30,761 nucleotides of DNA from an uncultured archaeon (GTDB taxonomy: Archaea; Asgardarchaeota; Heimdallarchaeia; Heimdallarchaeales; Heimdallarchaeaceae). A program made the position numbers and the translations under genes. The stretch spans positions 1-30,761 of the forward strand of contig CAZHRF010000038.1 of the NCBI GenBank assembly GCA_964534625.1. The letters are read 5' to 3'. The notes below the pieces were generated by a model, which saw only the letters and a list, made by a program, of their open reading frames with translations, had not been told where the DNA came from and made no database searches. Positions 1 to 7,800 of this stretch are shown here, one piece after another (positions within the stretch are counted from its first letter, which is position 1; each line of letters opens with the position of its first letter).

Positions 1-269
1 ATGGTCCTATATAAACACAACATTTTGTACCCAAAAGTGACCAAAAAAACCCATGGAATACGCGACATATGTACTCATTGATAGAACATCGTCATTTTCT
101 GGGTGTCACGTAGTATCTGATCAAGATTGTCTACCTTGATCTCATTTTCACATGGGTATACTTTTTCTCACCCAGTACAACTGGTTCGTTTGTGAGTCTC
201 TTCATCCACGCATGTTTCCCTATTCATTTTCCTTTATAAACCTCACGTTTTTTCCTTAGAGTTCCCTAA

Positions 270-1004
270 TCAACACCATAAAATTGTTTCTATAAACACA
301 ATATTACCTATGGTGAATACAAAATTTATAGTAAAAGACCAAAACAAGCCTTTTGTTTCATTAATTGCTTTTGCTAAGAAGAAACCAAAAAAAATAGCTT
401 TAATGCAAAGGAAAATACTACCTGGAGTAAGGAAATAATGTAGAATACCAAATATTATCGCTGAAACTAAATATATGATATCTGATGGAATTTTATTATC
501 AAAACTAGCTATCAACGTAAATAATGAAAGTATTACAAGATTCCAAGTTCTTATTATTGAATACAAAATACCTGTAATTATAAGGGTATAAATATTGTAA
601 TTGACTCCTATTAGATAGAATATAAGAATAAAACCAAAAATAGAATATGTTATTATAATTGATATGAGTGTTAACCCCAAATTGACCCAGCCATTTAATT
701 TTCCAAATGTGAGTTTCTTAACTGGACTTACCTCTGCATTAATCTTGCCTAATCCAAAGTGCGTTTTGAAGCTTTTTGGATTGTAAACGAAAGTTAAAGC
801 TAAAATAAGAGTTGAGGGTAGAAGTGTATAGATTTGAATACTAATCAGAAAATTTAGACAATAGTATTTTGTAAAAAAGAATATTCTTAATAATTTTTTG
901 TTAATCAAAAAACGGATTACAAAAATCTGTGTAATTCCTCCTATTACTAGTAAAATAGGTGTGATTTGGTGCCATTTCCCCCTAAATTTATAATTATTTT
1001 TCAT
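270..1004 (-). CDS. CPBP (Abi/CAAX protease-like) intramembrane protein, catalytic motifs degenerate
   Basis: Multi-pass hydrophobic ORF with SAIIFGILHY (FxxxH) and ETKGLFWSFTIN (typical T.sL....H region with H replaced by N); no EExxxR motif visible. Confidence 0.6.
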   Translation of the reverse strand: MKNNYKFRGKWHQITPILLVIGGITQIFVIRFLINKKLLRIFFFTKYYCLNFLISIQIYTLLPSTLILALTFVYNPKSFKTHFGLGKINAEVSPVKKLTFGKLNGWVNLGLTLISIIITYSIFGFILIFYLIGVNYNIYTLIITGILYSIIRTWNLVILSLFTLIASFDNKIPSDIIYLVSAIIFGILHYFLTPGSIFLCIKAIFFGFFLAKAINETKGLFWSFTINFVFTIGNIVFIETILWC

Positions 1005-1332
1005 AAATCTTGCTCTTTGTATTTGTATCTCTTTTTAATGTTAAATATGTAAGTCCATCTAATTAAAAATGTTATTTTTATACAGACGTATATGGACAAT
1101 ATAATTGTCAACACAAGAAGTTTCAACAAGTAAAATTTGAATTGTGTGAAGAATAATGCCATTACTCTCAATTTCTAGTTGAGTTTATGAAAAAACCTAT
1201 CCATTGATCCTCTTTTTTATGAGGTCATATATAGCACAAAAGTTAATTAGAAACTTGTTTATGCGGATAAACCTATTTTGATTTATCGAAGAGAAAGACA
1301 GAAATTTAAAGATAAATATAATAAGAAAAATA

Positions 1333-1376
1333 AAGAAAGATTCTATTTTGCTATATCAAGCAGTTTGGCATTGATG
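1333..1376. repeat. 44-bp direct repeat, copy 1 (ATPase 3' end, stop codon and start of terminator)
   Basis: aagaaagattctattttgctatatcaagcagtttggcattgatg is identical at 4743-4786. Confidence 0.95.
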
Positions 1377-2257
1377 GCTACAATTACTGTAGTCAAGCTC
1401 ATTATCAGTGCTCCGACCGCAGGAGGAAGAACGAATCCCACACTATACAGAACACCAGCAGCTAAGGGTATGGTAATTATATTATATCCTGTGGCCCAGA
1501 AAAGATTTTGAAGGGTTTTTTTGTAAGTAGCTTTACCAAAACGAATAAGTGTGGATACATCAGTAGGATCATTTTCTACAAGTATGATATCTGCTGTTTC
1601 AGCTGCGACATCCGTGCCTGACCCTATTGCAATACCGACATCTGCTTGGGCTAAAGCAGGTGCATCATTGATGCCATCCCCCACCATACAAACAAACTCT
1701 CCTTTATCTTGTAGCTCTTTTACTTTCTCTTGCTTTTCATGGGGAAGTACTTCTGACCAATATCCTGTTATATTTAATTCTTCACTAACTTGTTTTGCGA
1801 CATTTTCAACATCACCAGTCAACATCCATACTTTTATCCCTTGTTTCTTTAATTCATTTACTGCTTGGAAAGACTCTTCTCGAATTTTATCAGCTAAAGA
1901 TACAGCACCAAGAGTTTTACTATCTTTTAATAGATAGACAGTAGTGGTACCCGTAGGCGCTTCATAATCAGTAGGCAAAGATATATCATTCTCACGTAAA
2001 TAACCTGGGCTTACAACTATAAACTCTTCACCATTGATTTTACCCCTTATCCCCTTGCCTTTAATAGCTTCAAAATCGGAGGAAGACAATTTTTTAGTAT
2101 TCTTTTCTTTAGCTTTTTTAATTATACCTGTTGCTATAGGATGTTCCGAGTTCGATTCAAGTGAATATGCTATTTGTAAAATCTTATTTTCATCGTAGTC
2201 TTTGGAAAAGGATGTAATGGAACTAACGCCAAATTTACCTGTAGTCAGTGTACCTGT
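1343..2257 (-). pseudogene. C-terminal half of a CopB-like P1B heavy-metal ATPase, truncated inside the DKTGT motif
   Basis: The frame extends upstream of the listed 2089 start as TGTLTTGKFGV...SEHP...; it also has MLTGD, GDGINDAPALAQADVG, YN and MSLTT motifs. Upstream of 2257 the frame becomes S/H repeats and hits a stop at 2312-2314, so D-K and the N-terminal TM segments are missing. Confidence 0.85.
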
Positions 2258-2258
2258 C

Positions 2259-2315
2259 GATGAAGAGTGGGATGATGAAGAGTGGGATGATGAAGAGTGG
2301 GAAGAAGAGGATTAA
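2259..2315 (+). repeat. 15-bp tandem repeat encoding an orphan acidic tail DEEWDDEEWDDEEWEEED*
   Basis: About 3 copies of gatgaagagtgggat, then TAA at 2313-2315 and a T-rich tract; abuts the broken ATPase directly. Confidence 0.8.
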
Positions 2316-2374
2316 ACAATCTTAACCTCTTTATTTCTAAACTTTTTTTCTTGCTCTTTTACATTTTGTTTTAC

Positions 2375-2421
2375 TAGACTAGTTTCTTGAAAGCCCTGTC
2401 CTTTAGGGTGGGGTAGTTCAT
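2375..2421 (+). mobile_element. 47-bp single-hairpin IS200/IS605-derived mini-element
   Basis: TTAC|TAGACTAGTTTCTTG-AAAG-CCCTGTCCTTTAGGGTGGGG-TAGT-TCAT: IS608-like left-end layout joined to a right-end TAGTTCAT like that of the 27598 element. Confidence 0.7.
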
Positions 2422-2503
2422 TTTATTGTGTTGTTTCTAACATCATTCTTTTTCAATTCCAATTTGGAGAGAAAAAAATAGATCATTGATTATGATCTTT
2501 ATA

Positions 2504-3514
2504 CTATTCATTACTTTCACAAATTTTTGGTTTTTCGAGATGCATCTCAACTCGAGTTATACCATAAGGTATAAATCCACAAAGTTTAGCCCTCACATCA
2601 TTAACTCGTTTTTCATGGAATTTCGTAATGTAAATCACAGACACAAGTAAATTTGTACCAAAAATGAGTATGATAATAAATAAAAGAACAAATATTGCAA
2701 CTATATACACTAGAAGATTGGAAATAACAGGAGCACCATTATTGAAATTTCCCATCATCGCGGGTAAAGTATCAATAAGAAAGCCCATCCCAGCTAAAAA
2801 ACCCGAAAAGCCTAGGAAACGAGATAAAATTCCTTTTCTCATATCATCAGAAATAGTCCTCACTTCTTGATCAGAATTAATATATTTGAGATTAATGTCT
2901 TTGAGTGTCCACGTTAGAGGAATTAACCATGATATGAATATAGGTGCTCCAATAATGATTAGAACTGAGATGAGCAAGGCTGTTTCTCGTGAATTAATAA
3001 ATGGCCTTACTAAAATGGCAATAAGAAAGCCTACGCCTAAACATGCAGATGTTACTTGTACCATAAGTGTAGATAATATTTTTCTTATATCTTTCATATT
3101 TCTATTAGGTATCGTCAATTCAAAATAATATTTATTATCTTTCGAGTATCGGAGACCTAACAAAAGTAAATACAATTGTTTAAGGAACCCTATTTTCATT
3201 TCACCTTTAGGTTCTCGTGTTTTATCAGTATTCATCTGATTTTTCCAATTTTCAACTGTACCAATAATAATTTTGTTTATAGACCAAAGACCTACTTTAT
3301 TCCAGCAAAAAACTGCAACAGGTATAGTTACAGCTGAAATCAAAAAAGGCAAAAAGTTTACTTGACCTATAAGCAAAAACCAGGCAATAACAGAAATAAT
3401 CGATAAAAAAGAAATGATTATCCATTTGATGATCGAGGGATGTTCAACTCTAAATACAGATTCTACAGTACTAATTTTCTTATCTGAAGATAAAAATTCA
3501 TTATCTGACGTCAT
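2504..3514 (-). CDS. Hypothetical multi-pass membrane protein
   Basis: 336-aa ORF with about 6 hydrophobic segments; no recognised motif. Confidence 0.75.
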   Translation of the reverse strand: MTSDNEFLSSDKKISTVESVFRVEHPSIIKWIIISFLSIISVIAWFLLIGQVNFLPFLISAVTIPVAVFCWNKVGLWSINKIIIGTVENWKNQMNTDKTREPKGEMKIGFLKQLYLLLLGLRYSKDNKYYFELTIPNRNMKDIRKILSTLMVQVTSACLGVGFLIAILVRPFINSRETALLISVLIIIGAPIFISWLIPLTWTLKDINLKYINSDQEVRTISDDMRKGILSRFLGFSGFLAGMGFLIDTLPAMMGNFNNGAPVISNLLVYIVAIFVLLFIIILIFGTNLLVSVIYITKFHEKRVNDVRAKLCGFIPYGITRVEMHLEKPKICESNE

Positions 3515-3653
3515 ATAATAGAGCTATTACTGTTCTAAGATAAATATTTTTGGAAGAAGTCAACAAAATATTTTTTTAGAGTAGGTAGAAAAAATGTTTT
3601 TGTTCGTTTAAATAGATTTTTTAATTAGCGTAATAAAAAGGATTTGAATACCA

Positions 3654-4589
3654 ATGGATAGCACTCTAGGACTGGTATTGGCTTTTACAGCTGCAATAGC
3701 ATGGGGATCAGGTTCAACCTTGTTCAAGCTGGGTGTAAAAAACAACGTAAAAACTCTTGTAGCTACTTTTTTGAGAGGTTTATTAGCCGTACCTATATTG
3801 ATTTTAATGAGTATACTGCTCCATGGCTTTAATTCACTACTAGTTCTATTTCAAGGCATGAATGCCGTTTATTTACTCCTTTCGGCTTTATTTGTAACTT
3901 TGGGAGATTTTTTTTCTTTAATTGCCATGAAAAATTTGGATATTTCAATTACCCAGCCTATAAGTTCTATATATCCGATTATTACCACATTCATTTTATT
4001 GATTTTCGCGTTAGAAGTTATTACTATTTTAATTATTGTAGGGACAATTTTAAATGTATTAGGAGTTTTTGTTATATCCTACTTCACTAATCGAAAAAGT
4101 AAGAAAAAACTTTTTGAACATTCTGTAGATAAAAAAGAAGATGAAACTGTAAAAGGTATAACTTTTTCTCTTTTGGCTGCTTTATTTTGGGGCTTTACCA
4201 TTATTATGACTAAATTACTTCTTTTAGATCCTGGCGTTAAAGTTGTTTCTGTCTTAGCCATCAGGAATGGTTTAATGGTTCTAATTATGTTCATTGTCAG
4301 TTATATAACAGCTCTAAAAAACAATGTAGAAATCAAACAAGAATTCTTTCCTTCATATCGAGACAGTTTAACATTAATGTTGGGAGGTATAGTCATGTGG
4401 GTTATAGGTGGTGTAAGTTTCTTTACAGCTGTAAATATTATTGGAGCCGGAAGATCAACCCCTATTAGTGCTATTTCACCTTTTGTGGTGTTGCTTCTTA
4501 GTGGGATTTTTTTAAAAGAAAAGATCAAATATGTTCAGATTTTTGGTGTTTTGCTCATAGTTATAGGCTCTATTCTCTTATCGGTATAA
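3654..4589 (+). CDS. EamA/DMT-family transporter
   Basis: Two 5-TM repeats (LAFTAAIAWG / LLAALFWG; PISSIYP / PISAISP...FLKEKI). Confidence 0.9.
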   Translation: MDSTLGLVLAFTAAIAWGSGSTLFKLGVKNNVKTLVATFLRGLLAVPILILMSILLHGFNSLLVLFQGMNAVYLLLSALFVTLGDFFSLIAMKNLDISITQPISSIYPIITTFILLIFALEVITILIIVGTILNVLGVFVISYFTNRKSKKKLFEHSVDKKEDETVKGITFSLLAALFWGFTIIMTKLLLLDPGVKVVSVLAIRNGLMVLIMFIVSYITALKNNVEIKQEFFPSYRDSLTLMLGGIVMWVIGGVSFFTAVNIIGAGRSTPISAISPFVVLLLSGIFLKEKIKYVQIFGVLLIVIGSILLSV

Positions 4590-4742
4590 TTTTTCAGAAA
4601 ATACTCTTTTTCCTTTCTGGTTAGAAATACAAAGGAAGCGTTTGATCACCACTTCAATCTCATATTTTATTACTTTTGCCTACTGACGAAGATCCTTGCA
4701 GAGGTAGGGAAATATCTACAAACTAAAAATAAGTAAAAGAAT

Positions 4743-4786
4743 AAGAAAGATTCTATTTTGCTATATCAAGCAGTTTGGCATTGATG
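4743..4786. repeat. 44-bp direct repeat, copy 2 (intergenic, between convergent EamA and uvrA)
   Basis: Identical to 1333-1376, 3410 bp away; the adjoining A-rich tract is also similar. Confidence 0.95.
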
Positions 4787-4864
4787 CAGAAAACATCCCG
4801 TGTTTGTTTTATAAACATAGAAACGCGATTAAAGAACTATATTTTAGAAACACCAGCTAAGGCT

Positions 4865-7800
4865 CTAATATTGAACAATAGTGTTAAGTAATTCTTTCAG
4901 GTATTTCCACGTATATCCTTCCTTTTGAGCAACTACTCCTTCAGGTGTTCCTTCAGCAACAACATATCCACCATGCTGTCCTCCTTCAGGTCCCAGATCT
5001 ATTACATGATCAGCATTTTTTACTAACTCCATATTATGATCTATAAGAATAACAGCGTTACCTTCATCAGCTAAGCGGTGAAGAATTTTAACTAGTTTGT
5101 CTATATCATAAAAATGAAGCCCTTGTGAGGGTTCATCCATTATATACACTTGTGTGCCGTATGTTCTTTTAGCTAATTCACGAGCTATCTTCAATCTTTC
5201 AGCCTCACCACCGCTAATAGTGTTAGTTGATTGGCCTAGCTGTAAATAATCTAATCCCACATCTTCCAATACTGCAAGTGTTGAGCGAATACTATCTATA
5301 TTTTCAAAATGAGCTGATGCTTCACTAACAGTCATATCAAGAACATCGCTAATAGATTTCTGTTTATATCTTACTGATAGAACATTAGGTTTATATCGTT
5401 TACCTTTACAAACGGGACATTGAATCCACACATCACTTAAGAACAGTAATTCAACTTTTTTACGCCCTAATCCTCTACACTCTTTACATTGACCGTCCTT
5501 CGTATTAAACGAGAAATGACCTTTTTTCAGTCCTAATTGTTTTGCTTTAGGCAATGCTTCATAGAACAAGCGTATATCATCAAAGACCCCCATATACGTA
5601 GCAGGATTACTGCGTATAGAAGAACTCAAAGGAGTTTGATCCACCACTATAACTTTTTTGATATCTTCAAAACCTTCAATTGTAGTATATTTACCTGGTA
5701 AATTTTTTTTCTCATGAATTTTCTGTTCTAAAGCAGCTTGAACAGTATCGATGACAAGAGTCGATTTTCCTGCTCCACTTACTCCCGTAACAGCAGTTAT
5801 TATACCTTTACCAAAACTGGCAGCAATATTTTTTAGATTATGCTCTTTGCACCCACTTATAGAAATGTGATTTTCAGCTGTACGTCTTTTGGTAGGTAGA
5901 GGAATGCTCTTTTTTCCTTTAAGGTAGTCAAGCGTGAGAGAAGATTCACCATTTTTAAAAATATCAGAAACAGCACCAAAAGTTACTATTTCACCTCCAT
6001 TCTCACCTGCATATGGTCCCAATTCTAACATATAATCAGATGAACGAATGATACGGTCGTCATGTTCTACAACAAGCAAATTGTTGCCAGCATCACGTAA
6101 CTCTATCATGGTTTTTAATAACCGATCGATATCTCTAGGATGTAAACCTATCGTGGGTTCATCTAAAACATAGGTTACGCCTACTAAGCCAGAGCCAATT
6201 TGACTGGCTAAATTTATACGTTGAGCCTCACCATTGCTTAAAGTTGCTGAACGTCTATCTAAAGTAAGATAAGATAATCCCACATTAATTAAATATTCTG
6301 CACGTTTAGTAAGCTCTTTAAGAATATTCTCTGCTATCTTTTTTTCTCTTTTACCCAATTCAAGAGACGTGATAAACGGGTGAAATTCATCTATAGCCAA
6401 ACTTGCTGTTTCAGTTATAGATTGGTCGCCTATTTTTATAGCCAGAATGCCCGGTTTGAGTTTCATTCCTTTACATTCAGGACAAGTATGATTTGTATAA
6501 TATTTCTGCATTTTGCTTTTAAACCACGAAGAAGAACTTTTCTTCATATGCTCTTCCCAACGATTAATCAACCCTTTCCATTCAAGTTTTTGCTCCATCT
6601 CATATCCTGAACCTGAACTAGATCTACGCTCAACTTTGAATTTGATTTCACCATCAAAACCGTAAAATATAGCCTGGATTTGTTCATTAGAAAGATCTTT
6701 CAAAGGAGTATAAAGATCAAAGCCTAATTTATTAACTACACTATCAAGCATATTCCGTCGATAGGGTGAACCATTTTCTATCATATTTTGACTATATGGC
6801 CCTATTCCACCTTCAGCTATGCTTTTTTCATCATCAACTATTAGTTTATTCACATCTAATTCTCGTAAATATCCTAACCCTGTACATTTTTCACATGCTC
6901 CACTATAGTGATTAAAACTAAAGAGCCTAGGAGTAATATCAGTAGGAGCACGATATCCACAATCTATACATTCAGGATAAATAGAGCATGTACAAACGAA
7001 TATTTCTCCATCAAATAATTGAATACGCCCATTTCCCCATTTCACTCCTGTTTCTAATGCTTCATTAAGACGGGTTAAGTTTGTTTCATCAATTTTTATA
7101 CGGTCCAAAACGACCGAAAGATTCTGTGTTTTTTGGATGGAAGATTTTGATTCTACCCGATGAATTTTACCTTCAAGAACAACTCTATTAAAACCAGCTT
7201 TTTTAACTGTATTCAACGTTTTTTTAACATTAATTGGCTCACCATTAGCTAGCGGTGCAGCAATTGTTAATTGTCTTCCCCGATATTCTTTGATGATATC
7301 ATCAGCTATTTCTATCGGACTCTGTTCTAATAGAACTTTATTACACTGAGGACAATGGATAATACCTATTTTAGCATATAAAAGCCTAAGATAATCGTAA
7401 ATTTCAGTAGTAGTTGCTATAGTAGAACGAGGATTTTTTGAGATATTAGTTTGATCAATAGCAATAGAAGGAGTGAGACCTATTATTTCTTCAACATCAC
7501 CACGCTCTGCTTTAACAAGAAATTGGCGCGCATAGCTACTTAAACTTTCTACAAATCTGCGTTGACCTTCAGCAAAAATTGTATCCATTGCCAATGATGT
7601 TTTTCCACTCCCACTAGGGCCTGTTATCGTAATGAGTTTGTTTTTGGGAAGTTTAATTTCAATATTTTTTAAATTGTGCTTTTTAGCCCCTCGTAAGTAT
7701 AACCACTGGGAAAGATCTATTTGTTCTTCGGTTTTATTCCCGTTTATTGTTGAAATAGTTTTCTGCTCATTCTTGAGTACTTTATGCAGAGATTGACCTG

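Noticed and set aside
1-260. Possible minus-strand gene remnant or structured RNA (inverted repeat gatcaag/cttgatc)
   Set aside because: The frames read contain stops and no recognisable motif; the hairpins are short enough to be chance.
1278-1937. Plus-strand ORFs 1278-1511 and 1551-1937, and similar short ORFs opposite other genes
   Set aside because: Antisense shadows of well-supported genes.
2259-2315. CRISPR array
   Set aside because: Contiguous 15-bp units without spacers; the same applies to 13765-13823.
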